From an uncultured Eubacteriales bacterium (lineage in GTDB: Bacteria > Bacillota > Clostridia > Oscillospirales > Acutalibacteraceae): a stretch of DNA of 64,000 bases. A model generated the notes under the pieces. That model had not been told where the DNA came from. It did not search any database and was given only the letters and a program-made list of their open reading frames with translations. Each line of letters begins with the position of its first letter. Position 1 is the stretch's first letter. Below, piece by piece: positions 26,728 through 35,702 of this stretch. The stretch covers positions 112,425 through 176,424 of the forward strand of contig CAKSQO010000002.1 of NCBI GenBank assembly GCA_934486615.1, read 5' to 3'. A program made the translations under genes and the position numbers.

Positions 26728-28197
26728 TCACGCCGTGGTCCGCTCGGGCTCTTCGGCGGTCCGCTCGGGTGAAGCCCCGGCGGAAGCGGCAGTCTCTGAC
26801 GCGGCAGGCTCGGCGGCGGTTTCGGCGGTCTCCTGATCCATGGCGGTGGTGGAGCCCTGAGCGACTCCCTCGGTCGACTCGGGCAGGAACAGAATCTTGA
26901 TCGTTGCGAGCATTATTTTCAAATCTTCGATTATATTCGGGTGGGCTATGTACATCAGATCCATAACGAGCTTATCGTACGGCGTTGTGTTGTATTTGCC
27001 GTAGACCTGAGCGTAGCCTGTAAGGCCTGCTTTTGCCTGAAGTCTGAGCTTGAACTCGGGAATTTCCTCGCAATACCGGGCGGCGATCTCGGGGCGCTCG
27101 GGGCGCGGGCCGACGATGCTCAAATCGCCCTTGAGAATATTTATCAGCTGCGGCAGCTCGTCAATTCGACAGGCGCGTATGACCTTGCCGACGGGCGTTA
27201 TGCGGTCGTCGTTCTCGCCTGTTGAAAGGCGGGCGACGCCGTCCTTTTCCGCGTCGACTCTCATACTGCGGAACTTGAGTATCTTAAACTCGCGGCCGTC
27301 TTTTGTCAGGCGCGTTTGCTTATAGAACACGGGGCCGCCGTCGGTCACCTTTACGGCGACGGACGTGATAAGGAATATCGGGCTTAGTATGATTATCGCC
27401 GCGGCGGAAATGATGACATCGAGCACGCGCTTGAGCAGCAGATACTCGGGAGACGCCATATATCTGCCTATGCACAGCATCGGCAGATGGAACATATGCC
27501 TGTGTTGCGCGCCGCTCATGATAACGTCGCCGATGCGCGGAATGACGAACATCTTTATGTCGTTATCGGTGCAGTATTTGAGGATAATATTGCGGTCGTG
27601 GCTGTGTACTCCGCTTACGAAAACGATGTCGATGCCGTCGAGTATCGACAGATCCTCGACGCACTCGGCAGCGCTGACGGTGAGCACAACGTCGTACTTT
27701 TTGTTGAGGCCGTCTTCGTCGATGAGGGACTCCATTCCCTGACGCATATCATAAACAATCGCCGTCTTTTTCGGCTTGAATACGGCAAAATAGCCCCTGT
27801 GCGACGCAAACGACCACACAAGGGAAATCAGCATCTGACCGAAAAGAGCGGCAACTCCGGGCAAAATATTGGGCACACGGCCGCAAAGGACCGATATAAC
27901 TATGTACATGACCAGGTCGCTCATTGCACAGGCAAGGAACTGGGCGTACACAATTTCGGATATTCGCTGCATCGACACGGAGAACGCGTCGTACACGCGG
28001 CCGAGCATAACATAAAGCAGCAGGTAGAGTGCAAGCAGTGCGAGACTGCCGCCGAGAGCGACTCGAGCAACGGTGTGCTCGGCGTAGTAAAGGAACCAGC
28101 AAAGGGCAAACGGAACTGTCATCAGCACGGCGTTAAGCACCTTGACCGAACGCAAAACAATTTCGTGCTTGAGTTTAGACATCATCATTCTCCTCAA
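26728..28197 (-). CDS. Polyprenyl-phosphate sugar phosphotransferase (WbaP/CpsE-type initiating transferase) with an Ala/Glu/Thr-rich C-terminal tail
   Basis: The C-terminal catalytic domain motifs are present (LSIVGPRPERPE, DELPQLINILKGDLSIVGPRP), with N-terminal TM helices. The last about 60 aa are low complexity. Confidence 0.8.
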   Translation of the reverse strand: MRRMMMSKLKHEIVLRSVKVLNAVLMTVPFALCWFLYYAEHTVARVALGGSLALLALYLLLYVMLGRVYDAFSVSMQRISEIVYAQFLACAMSDLVMYIVISVLCGRVPNILPGVAALFGQMLISLVWSFASHRGYFAVFKPKKTAIVYDMRQGMESLIDEDGLNKKYDVVLTVSAAECVEDLSILDGIDIVFVSGVHSHDRNIILKYCTDNDIKMFVIPRIGDVIMSGAQHRHMFHLPMLCIGRYMASPEYLLLKRVLDVIISAAAIIILSPIFLITSVAVKVTDGGPVFYKQTRLTKDGREFKILKFRSMRVDAEKDGVARLSTGENDDRITPVGKVIRACRIDELPQLINILKGDLSIVGPRPERPEIAARYCEEIPEFKLRLQAKAGLTGYAQVYGKYNTTPYDKLVMDLMYIAHPNIIEDLKIMLATIKILFLPESTEGVAQGSTTAMDQETAETAAEPAASETAASAGASPERTAEEPERTTA

Positions 28198-28591
28198 AAT
28201 TCACTCCGCAAGAGATCAAAAAAAATCAAACGCACAGAGTGTTTATGTGATAAACCGTAGGTTAAATTGCCGTATGGGCGCAAAAATACACAATTACACT
28301 TTTATTACATACTAACATATTCGCGTGAAAATATCAAGGAATTTGCTTCATAAAATTGCCCCTTCAATCGTGCTGATAATGAAAATTGCGCCAAAAATGC
28401 TCTTAATCGGTTAAAAAAGGACGGATTGCTCCGCTGCACGACCTTTTCCGACGCATATCGGGGGAGCGCATTATATAGCTACTATGTATATCGATAAATG
28501 GAATACCGATATGAAAAAGCGGCAATTCTCTTTTGCTCCCGCTTTGTGTTAATATTAAGGTGCAATCAACGGCAAAGGGGGTTAAAGCGCC

Positions 28592-29230
28592 TTGAAGTCA
28601 TACGAAATTTCAAAAGCCGCTCTCGGGCGTATTCCGACCTATCTTAGCTTTTTGCAGCAGCTGCCCGACAGCGTGACAAGCGTTTCGGCGACGCTTATTT
28701 CAAAGGAGCTGGGGCTCGGCGAGGTACAGGTCCGTAAGGACCTCGGAGCCGTGTGCGGCGCAGGCAAGCCGAAGGTCGGCTACGCGCGTGCGGAGCTTGA
28801 GAGCAGCCTGAAGCGCTGCCTTGACGGCAAAAACGGCACGGCGGTCATCATCGGAGCGGGCAAGCTCGGGCGGGCGCTGCTCGACCACCGCGGCTTTGCG
28901 GCGTTCGGCATTTCGATAGTCGCCGCGTTCGATCGCAGCGCCGACGAAAACGGCCGCTCATCGTCGGGCAAGCCGATACTCCCGCTGGCAAAGCTGCCCG
29001 ACTTCTGCCGCGAAAATAATGTCAAGCTCGGCATAATCGCCGTCGCGGACGAGGCGGCGCAGGCCGCGTGCAACCTGCTGTATGACAGCGGCGTCAAGGT
29101 AATGTGGAGCTTTTCGTCCGGTCCGCTGTACAAGCCGCTCGACGCGGTGGTGCAGTACGAAAATCTGGCGCTGAGCCTTGCTCACCTTAAAATGCAGGCT
29201 CTCGACCTGCCCGAGCGCAGGAACGTCTGA
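28592..29230 (+). CDS. rex: Redox-sensing transcriptional repressor Rex
   Basis: An N-terminal wHTH (IPTYLSFLQQL) is followed by a Rossmann VIIGAGKLGRAL. A TTG start follows an AAGGGGG RBS. Confidence 0.75.
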   Translation: MKSYEISKAALGRIPTYLSFLQQLPDSVTSVSATLISKELGLGEVQVRKDLGAVCGAGKPKVGYARAELESSLKRCLDGKNGTAVIIGAGKLGRALLDHRGFAAFGISIVAAFDRSADENGRSSSGKPILPLAKLPDFCRENNVKLGIIAVADEAAQAACNLLYDSGVKVMWSFSSGPLYKPLDAVVQYENLALSLAHLKMQALDLPERRNV

Positions 29231-29315
29231 ATTTATCCGCGTGTTTACACTCCGCAAAAGCCTTCGGCACTTCGGCCGCGGCAAAAGCGGTACAAATTAA
29301 AAAGAGGTATGAATT

Positions 29316-30065
29316 ATGAAACTCGACAACATCATCGCAAAAAGATCCGACAAGACCGTATACCGCGACGGCGAGTATTGCCTGAAGGTATTCGACTCCG
29401 ATTTTTCAAAGGCCGACGTGCTCAACGAGGCGCTCAATCAGGCCCGCGTTGAGGAGACCGGCCTGAATATTCCGAAAATTCACGCTGTTACCATGGTCGA
29501 CGGCAAGTGGACCATTGTCTACGGTTTCATCGAGGGCACGACCCTTGCAAAGCTGATGGAGAAAAATCCCGACAAGCGCGACGAGTACCTCGATATGTTC
29601 GTTTCGCTCCAGATCGAAGTGCAGTCGCACACCTGCCGGCTGCTTAACAAGCTCAAGGACAAGATGAACCTCAAAATCAGCGCGACCGGGCTGTCGGCTA
29701 CGACCCGCTACGACCTGCTGACCCGTCTTGAGGGTATGCCCAAGCACAACAAGCTCTGCCACGGCGACTTCAACCCCTCGAACGTCATCGTTACCGCCGA
29801 CGGCACTCCGTTCATCATCGACTGGTCGCACGCAACCCAGGGCAACGCGTCCGCCGACGCGGCGCTGACCTACCTGCAGTTCAGCCTCAGCGGCGACCGC
29901 GAGACAGCCGACAGGTACCTTGAGCTGTTCTGCTCCAAGAGCGCTACCGCCAAGAAGTACGTCCAGTCGTGGCTGCCGATCGTCGCCGCTTCGCAGCTTG
30001 CAAAAAGCAGCGAAAAGGACGCGCAGTTCCTCGAAAGCTGGATCGACGTCGTCGATTACGAATGA
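29316..30065 (+). CDS. Aminoglycoside-phosphotransferase/choline-kinase-like (protein kinase-like fold) family protein
   Basis: The Brenner motif CHGDFNPSNVIV and IIDWS are present. Confidence 0.6.
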   Translation: MKLDNIIAKRSDKTVYRDGEYCLKVFDSDFSKADVLNEALNQARVEETGLNIPKIHAVTMVDGKWTIVYGFIEGTTLAKLMEKNPDKRDEYLDMFVSLQIEVQSHTCRLLNKLKDKMNLKISATGLSATTRYDLLTRLEGMPKHNKLCHGDFNPSNVIVTADGTPFIIDWSHATQGNASADAALTYLQFSLSGDRETADRYLELFCSKSATAKKYVQSWLPIVAASQLAKSSEKDAQFLESWIDVVDYE

Positions 30066-30090
30066 GCTTTTTCAGGAGAAGTGCCGCATT

Positions 30091-30339
30091 ATGACGATTG
30101 AGATTTGCGTAGGCTCGGCCTGCCGCGTCAAGGGCTCTGAGAAGATAGTCTCCTTGTTCCGTCAGGCGCTCGGCAAGGCGGGCGGCGGCGCGCAGGTCGC
30201 CCTCTCGGGCAGCCTGTGCGCAGGCAAATGCAGCCGCGACGGCGTTACTGTGACCGTCGACGGTGAGGCCTACTCGGGCATTACGCCGATGAACTTCAAG
30301 ACTTTTTTCAACGACAAAGTACTGCCGCGCTTAGGCTGA
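30091..30339 (+). CDS. Thioredoxin-like [2Fe-2S] ferredoxin
   Basis: It is 82 aa. CVGSACRVKG...CAGKCSRDG matches the HndA/NuoE-type 2Fe-2S ferredoxin pattern. Confidence 0.6.
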   Translation: MTIEICVGSACRVKGSEKIVSLFRQALGKAGGGAQVALSGSLCAGKCSRDGVTVTVDGEAYSGITPMNFKTFFNDKVLPRLG

Positions 30340-30387
30340 GTTCTTTTCACCCGCATTGGGCAGGCAAACCACAGGAGGATCAGAAAA

Positions 30388-31818
30388 ATGAGAAAATTCG
30401 ATACAAAGGTGCAGCACCTTAAATACAAGGTGCTGCGCGAGGTCGCGCGTCTGGCATGGAACGATTCGCTGCTTGACAACCTGCTCGACATACCCAAGAC
30501 GATAGTACCAGACAAGACCCCGACCATGCGCTGCTGCGTATACAAAGAGCGCGCGATACTTGCCGAGCGCGTCAAGCTCGCGATGGGCGGAAATCCGCTC
30601 AATCCGAATGTCATCGAGGTCATCAGCATCGCCTGCGACGAGTGCCCGATGGGCGGCTACGAGGTCACAAACGCATGTCGCGGATGTCTTATGCACCGTT
30701 GTGAGGACGCATGTCGATTCGGCGCGATCTCGTTCGACCGCAACCACGTCGCGCACATTGACAAGTCCAAATGCAAGGAGTGCGGCGCGTGCTCGAAGGT
30801 ATGTCCCTACACCGCCATCATAAGCCGTAAGCGCCCGTGCGAGAACGCCTGCAAGATCAAGGCGATACATATGAACGACGACGGCGCAAGCGTCATCGAC
30901 AACAGCAAGTGCATCTCGTGCGGCGCGTGCGTTTATCAGTGTCCCTTCGGTGCGATAACGGACAAGTCGTACATTCTCGACGCCATCGACATCATCAAAA
31001 AGAGCGAGCACGGCAAGAAGTACAAGGTCTATGCCGTCGTCGCGCCCGCTATCTCGAGCCAGTTCAGGTACGCAAAGCTCGGGCAGGTCATCGCGGGGCT
31101 TAAAGAGCTGGGCTTCGACATGGTGGTTGAAGCGGCGCTCGGAGCGGACATGGTCGCCTACGCCGAGTCGCAGGAGCTGGCTGAAAAGGGATTTTTGACA
31201 AGCTCATGCTGTCCTGCGTTCGTGACGTATATCGAGAAGGCGTTCCCCGCCCTCGTGCCGAACATATCGCACAATCTGTCACCCATGGCGACCGTCGCCA
31301 AGTTCATAAAGGAGAACGACGAGCCGTGCAAGGTCGTGTTCATCGGGCCGTGCACCGCCAAAAAGGCCGAGGTGCACAAGGACTCCGTCAAGCCCTACGT
31401 TGACGTTGCTCTGACGTTTGAGGAGCTGCAGGCGCTGTTTGACAGCCGCGACATCGAGATTACCGACCTCGGCGAGGAGGAGCTGGACAACGCGTCCTAC
31501 TTCGGCCGCATATTCGCCCGCTGCGGCGGACTTTCCTCGGCGGTTGAGGAGGCGCTTAAGGAGCAGGGACAGACCGACTTCGAGCTGAAGCCGTTCTCCT
31601 GCGACGGAATCGAGGCGTGCCGCCTTGCGCTGCTGAAGAAAAACAAGGGGCTGCTCGACGCGAACTTCATCGAGGGTATGGCCTGCGTGGGCGGCTGTAT
31701 CGGCGGCGCAGGCTGCCTGACCCACGGCGAGCGAAACCGCGCCGACGTCGACAAGTACGGCCAACTTGCAGGCGACAGGACAATAGTCAAAGCAATCGAG
31801 GACGCAAATCAGCTGTAA
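30388..31818 (+). CDS. [FeFe]-hydrogenase family protein (N-terminal 2x[4Fe-4S] plus H-cluster domain)
   Basis: The H-cluster motifs are present: TSCCPAF (L1), GPCTAKKAE (L2), EGMACVGGCIGG (L3). Upstream ferredoxin-type Cys clusters are also present. Confidence 0.75.
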   Translation: MRKFDTKVQHLKYKVLREVARLAWNDSLLDNLLDIPKTIVPDKTPTMRCCVYKERAILAERVKLAMGGNPLNPNVIEVISIACDECPMGGYEVTNACRGCLMHRCEDACRFGAISFDRNHVAHIDKSKCKECGACSKVCPYTAIISRKRPCENACKIKAIHMNDDGASVIDNSKCISCGACVYQCPFGAITDKSYILDAIDIIKKSEHGKKYKVYAVVAPAISSQFRYAKLGQVIAGLKELGFDMVVEAALGADMVAYAESQELAEKGFLTSSCCPAFVTYIEKAFPALVPNISHNLSPMATVAKFIKENDEPCKVVFIGPCTAKKAEVHKDSVKPYVDVALTFEELQALFDSRDIEITDLGEEELDNASYFGRIFARCGGLSSAVEEALKEQGQTDFELKPFSCDGIEACRLALLKKNKGLLDANFIEGMACVGGCIGGAGCLTHGERNRADVDKYGQLAGDRTIVKAIEDANQL

Positions 31819-31833
31819 AAAAGATATAGCAAT

Positions 31834-31877
31834 CACCCGCTGCGGTATAAAAAACCGGCCGCAGCGGGTGATTTTTT
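31834..31877. terminator. Bidirectional terminator after the hydrogenase gene
   Basis: CACCCGCTGCGG ... CCGCAGCGGGTG followed by ATTTTTTG. Confidence 0.65.
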
Positions 31878-32090
31878 GCATTTTAAGTTGCAGACGCTTT
31901 GTGTAAAAAACAGCTTAACAGCATAAAAACCGACCCGCGCGGGAAATATCGCACGGGGCGGTTTTGAATTATATTTGATTCGTCGGGCAAAGTCATTATC
32001 CGACTTGCGGCGGAAATTCGTCTGACGTCGATCAGTGAAAAATCATCTGCCGTCGGTCGGCTGAAATTCGATTGCAGAGCCTCCTCTGCC

Positions 32091-32801
32091 TTAGCCGCCG
32101 AGGTAGGCCTTTTTAACTTCCTCGCTCTGCATAAGCTCTTTGCCTGTGCCCGAGAGGACGATTCGGCCGTTCTCGAGGACGTAGGCGCGGTCGGAAATCG
32201 CAAGCGACTTTCCCGCGTTCTGCTCAACAAGCAGGACGGTCGTGCCGCCCTTATGAAAGTCCTTGATTATATCAAAGACCTCGTCGACGAGCAAGGGAGA
32301 AAGTCCCATCGACGGCTCATCAAGCATAAGCAGGTCGGGGTGGCTCATCATAGCGCGGCCCATTGCGAGCATCTGCTGCTCGCCGCCCGAAAGAGTGCCC
32401 GCGATCTGGTCGCGGCGCTCACCGAGGCGCGGGAAGCGCTCGTATATGCCCTCGATGTCCTTTTTGACAACGCTCTTGTCCTTCTGCGAAAATGCACCCA
32501 TAAGCAGGTTGTCGTAGACGCTCAGCTCCTGAAACACGCGTCGACCCTCGGGCACCTGTGCGATGCCGAGGTGGACAATCTTATGGCACGGCATATGCGT
32601 GATCTCTCTGCCGTCGTAGGTGACGGAGCCGGCGCGAATCGGGATAAGACCGTTTATGCTCTGCATAGTGGTGGTCTTGCCCGCGCCGTTTGCGCCGATG
32701 AGCGTGACGATCTCGCCGCGCTCGACCTTAAAGCTGATGCCCTTGAGCGCCTGAATGACGCCGTAGTACACCTCGAGGTTATTTACTTCAAGCAAAGCCA
32801 T
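32091..32801 (-). CDS. livF: Branched-chain amino acid ABC transporter ATP-binding protein
   Basis: Walker A GANGAGKTT and the ABC signature LSGGEQQ are present. The start MALLEV follows RBS GGAGGT. Confidence 0.8.
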   Translation of the reverse strand: MALLEVNNLEVYYGVIQALKGISFKVERGEIVTLIGANGAGKTTTMQSINGLIPIRAGSVTYDGREITHMPCHKIVHLGIAQVPEGRRVFQELSVYDNLLMGAFSQKDKSVVKKDIEGIYERFPRLGERRDQIAGTLSGGEQQMLAMGRAMMSHPDLLMLDEPSMGLSPLLVDEVFDIIKDFHKGGTTVLLVEQNAGKSLAISDRAYVLENGRIVLSGTGKELMQSEEVKKAYLGG

Positions 32802-32805
32802 ATCA

Positions 32806-33576
32806 TTAACCTCCGATGTACGCCTTGATGACCTCGGGGTCACTCAGCGCGGTCTGCGGGTCGCCCTGCGCGAGCACCGTACCGAAGTTGAGGACGGTCA
32901 GCTCGTCGCAAAGACCGGAAACGAACTTCATATCGTGCTCGATAAGCAGGATTGTCATATCGAATTTGTCGCGGATAAAGCGGATTATATCCATAAGCTC
33001 GGCAGTCTCGTTCGGGTTCATACCCGCGGCCGGCTCGTCGAGCAGCAGCAACTTGGGATCGGTCGCGATGGCGCGCGCGATCTCGAGCTTGCGCTGCTTG
33101 CCGTAAGGAAGGTTGCAGGAGAGGTTGTTGCGTTCCTCTTCAAGGTCGAAGATGCGCAGGATCTCCTTTGCGCGCTCGCGCATACGCTTTTCGACGTCGA
33201 AGTGGCGCGGCAGCCTGAAAATGCTCTCGACAGGGGTGCATTTGAACTCGGGCCGGTCGGTCAGGCCGACAAGGACGTTGCGTATGACAGACATATTGTT
33301 GAACAGACGGATATTCTGGAATGTTCTTGCTATACCCGCGTGGTTGATTGCCTCCTGCGACTTGCCGTTGAGCTTGACTCCGTCGAGAAAGAACTCGCCC
33401 TCGGTCGGCTTGTACACGCCCGTGAGCATATTGAACACGGTGGTTTTGCCCGCGCCGTTAGGGCCGACAAGGCCGTAAAGCTGATTTTTCTTGATTTTCA
33501 GGTCAAGCCCCTGAACGGCTTTAAGTCCGCCGAACGAAATGCCGAGGCTTTTGGTTTCAAGCATATATTCAGACAT
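32806..33576 (-). CDS. livG: Branched-chain amino acid ABC transporter ATP-binding protein
   Basis: Walker A GPNGAGKTT is present with a LivG-like C-terminal extension. Confidence 0.8.
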   Translation of the reverse strand: MSEYMLETKSLGISFGGLKAVQGLDLKIKKNQLYGLVGPNGAGKTTVFNMLTGVYKPTEGEFFLDGVKLNGKSQEAINHAGIARTFQNIRLFNNMSVIRNVLVGLTDRPEFKCTPVESIFRLPRHFDVEKRMRERAKEILRIFDLEEERNNLSCNLPYGKQRKLEIARAIATDPKLLLLDEPAAGMNPNETAELMDIIRFIRDKFDMTILLIEHDMKFVSGLCDELTVLNFGTVLAQGDPQTALSDPEVIKAYIGG

Positions 33577-33577
33577 A

Positions 33578-34720
33578 TCACTTGTCCCCCTTCTTCGGTT
33601 CGTCGGGCTTGTACGGGTCGACCTTTGCGGGATCGATCGAAAGCAGCTCGTCCATCTTTATCTTGGTCGGGACTTTATCCCAGTCGGCGCGGTCGTCGGC
33701 AACCTTTGCGGGGTCGTGCTTGCCGCTGCCGAATCTCGCAAACAGCGAGCGGAAGTTGTAGCGCTCCCTGAAGCCCTTGAGTGCGGGTGCATTGTTGTAG
33801 ATGACGATGATTATCAGGATAAGCGCGTAGAACAGGTTCTGCAGCACGGCGAGGTCGCCCGTGAGGACGGTCGCGAGCTTTGCGTTGAGGAAGGTTATCA
33901 GCGTTGCGGCGATGATTGAGCCGTTTATGCTGCCCATTCCGCCGAGGACGACCATAACGAGTATCTCGATAGAGTAGTTATAGCCGAACTTGGCGCTCTC
34001 GACGTTGTAGTTGCTGAAGCTGTAGAGCACTCCCGCGATACCGGCGAAGAAAGCCGAGATGGTAAACGCCATCAGCTTGTACTTGGTGACGTTTATGCCC
34101 GTCGCACGGGCGGCGATCTCGTTGTCGCGGATAGCGGTTATGGCGCGTCCGTGCTTGGAGCGCATAAGGTTCTGAATCACGGCGAGGGTTGCGAGCACAA
34201 GCAGGAACCCGTAGATAAAGAGCGTGTTCTTGTCAAAGCGCGGGGTCGAAAGTCCGATAGCTCCGCCGAAGGACGAGGAGCTGCTGTTCTGGAACAGCGA
34301 CTTGACGATCTCGCCGAACGCGAGCGTGACTATCGCGAGGTAGTCGCCTTTAAGCCGCAGCGCGGGCAGCCCGATGAGCACGCCGCACGCAGCAGCGGCT
34401 ATACCGCCGACGACGAGCGAAATGAGCATGGTCGGCAGGCTGTTGCCGAGCGCAGGCGCAATCAGGCTTGCCAGCTTGCCGCCGAGGTATGCACCGACGC
34501 ACATAAAGCCGGCGTGGCCGAGCGACAGCTCGCCGAGGAAGCCGACGACGAGGCTGAGCGAGACTGCAAGGATAATGCTGATAGAGATTTTTTCAAGCAG
34601 GAACTCGGTTGACGAAGAAAGTCCGCTTGTAAACGAAAGAATTGTGAAAACAACAATGATAGCCGCGATGACCGCGTAGTTTATCAGATGTTTCCATCCG
34701 TATGAGCCGGTGCGTTTCAT
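33578..34720 (-). CDS. livM: Branched-chain amino acid ABC transporter permease with a charged C-terminal tail
   Basis: It is a polytopic permease of the LivM type. The last about 60 aa are a hydrophilic K/D/P-rich tail. Confidence 0.75.
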   Translation of the reverse strand: MKRTGSYGWKHLINYAVIAAIIVVFTILSFTSGLSSSTEFLLEKISISIILAVSLSLVVGFLGELSLGHAGFMCVGAYLGGKLASLIAPALGNSLPTMLISLVVGGIAAAACGVLIGLPALRLKGDYLAIVTLAFGEIVKSLFQNSSSSSFGGAIGLSTPRFDKNTLFIYGFLLVLATLAVIQNLMRSKHGRAITAIRDNEIAARATGINVTKYKLMAFTISAFFAGIAGVLYSFSNYNVESAKFGYNYSIEILVMVVLGGMGSINGSIIAATLITFLNAKLATVLTGDLAVLQNLFYALILIIIVIYNNAPALKGFRERYNFRSLFARFGSGKHDPAKVADDRADWDKVPTKIKMDELLSIDPAKVDPYKPDEPKKGDK

Positions 34721-35592
34721 CAGACCTTCTCCCTCCTTTTCTTACCGAGGAAGCCCGTCGGACGGACGAGCAGGATTATGATAAGGATAGAGAACTCGAT
34801 GGCGTCGGTATAGGGTGCGAGCGCCTCGACGTTGCCCGCAAAGCTCTCGATAACACCGAGCAGCACGCCGCCGAGCATAGCTCCCGGGATAGAGCCGATA
34901 CCGCCGATAACTGCGGCGGTGAACGCCTTGATACCGGGCATAGAGCCGAACGTCGAGTAGATGTTGGGCGCCTTGAGCAGGCAGAACAGCCCCGCAAGCG
35001 CCGCCAGACCCGAGCCGATGGCAAAGGTTATGGTGATTATGCGGTTGACGTTGATGCCCATAAGCTGAGCCGCACCGCTGTCCTCAGAGACCGCAATCAT
35101 CGCGCGGCCGGTCTTCGTGAACTTGATAAAGCACGACAAAGCGGCCATTACAACTATGGTTGCAGCAAGCGTTATGAGGGTGTAGACCTGAATCTTGAAC
35201 GATCCGATCTTAATGCTGCCGAATTCGGCGATGTTGACCATTTTCGTAGCAGAGCCGAATATGATCTGAGCCATACTCTGCAAAAAGTAGCTGACGCCGA
35301 TTGCGGTTATCAGCACTGCGAGAGGCGACGCGCCGCGAAGCGGCTTGTATGCGACCTTTTCAATGACGACGCCGAGCAGAATGCAGACGATCACCGAGGC
35401 GAGCACTGCAATCAGCGGGTGGCCGGTCATATTCATAAACACGAGTATCGTGTAGCCGCCGACCATTATAATGTCACCGTGAGCGAAGTTCAGCATTTTC
35501 GCGATGCCGTAGACCATCGTGTAGCCCAGGGCTATCATCGCGTATATGCCGCCAAGGCTCAGGCCGTTGACGATCGTAGTCAAAATTTCCAT
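34720..35592 (-). CDS. livH: Branched-chain amino acid ABC transporter permease
   Basis: It is a LivH-like permease. The ATG at 35592 follows a GAGGAAGG RBS. Confidence 0.75.
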   Translation of the reverse strand: MEILTTIVNGLSLGGIYAMIALGYTMVYGIAKMLNFAHGDIIMVGGYTILVFMNMTGHPLIAVLASVIVCILLGVVIEKVAYKPLRGASPLAVLITAIGVSYFLQSMAQIIFGSATKMVNIAEFGSIKIGSFKIQVYTLITLAATIVVMAALSCFIKFTKTGRAMIAVSEDSGAAQLMGINVNRIITITFAIGSGLAALAGLFCLLKAPNIYSTFGSMPGIKAFTAAVIGGIGSIPGAMLGGVLLGVIESFAGNVEALAPYTDAIEFSILIIILLVRPTGFLGKKRREKV

Positions 35593-35702
35593 AAATTTAC
35601 CTTCCTCATAACGAAAGCCCGCTTGTACCACAACTTGCCGGGGCGCATTTTCAGCGCACCGGCAAGCCGAATTAAACTGTTTAAGCTAATTCAAGGAATG
35701 AA

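Larger units (their letters stand above)
12960..28197 (-). other. Wzx/Wzy-dependent cell-surface polysaccharide biosynthesis locus (15 genes)
   Basis: It comprises a priming polyprenyl-phosphate sugar phosphotransferase, 4 glycosyltransferases, 2 pyruvyl transferases, Wzy, Wzx, and an FnlA/CapD-, CapF- and CapG-like UDP-sugar module with a PglD/NeuD-like acetyltransferase. The central part (about 17000-26500) is markedly AT-rich. Confidence 0.8.

Noticed and set aside
29920-30090. Upstream start making the 2Fe-2S ferredoxin 139 aa
   Set aside because: It overlaps the end of the kinase-like gene in another frame. ATG at 30091 gives the normal 82-aa ferredoxin.
31976-32090. Imperfect direct repeats (GAAATTCG-containing units) in the 3' UTR of livF
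   Set aside because: There are only two to three loose copies with no dyad symmetry or coding potential. They are most likely part of the terminator-proximal UTR.
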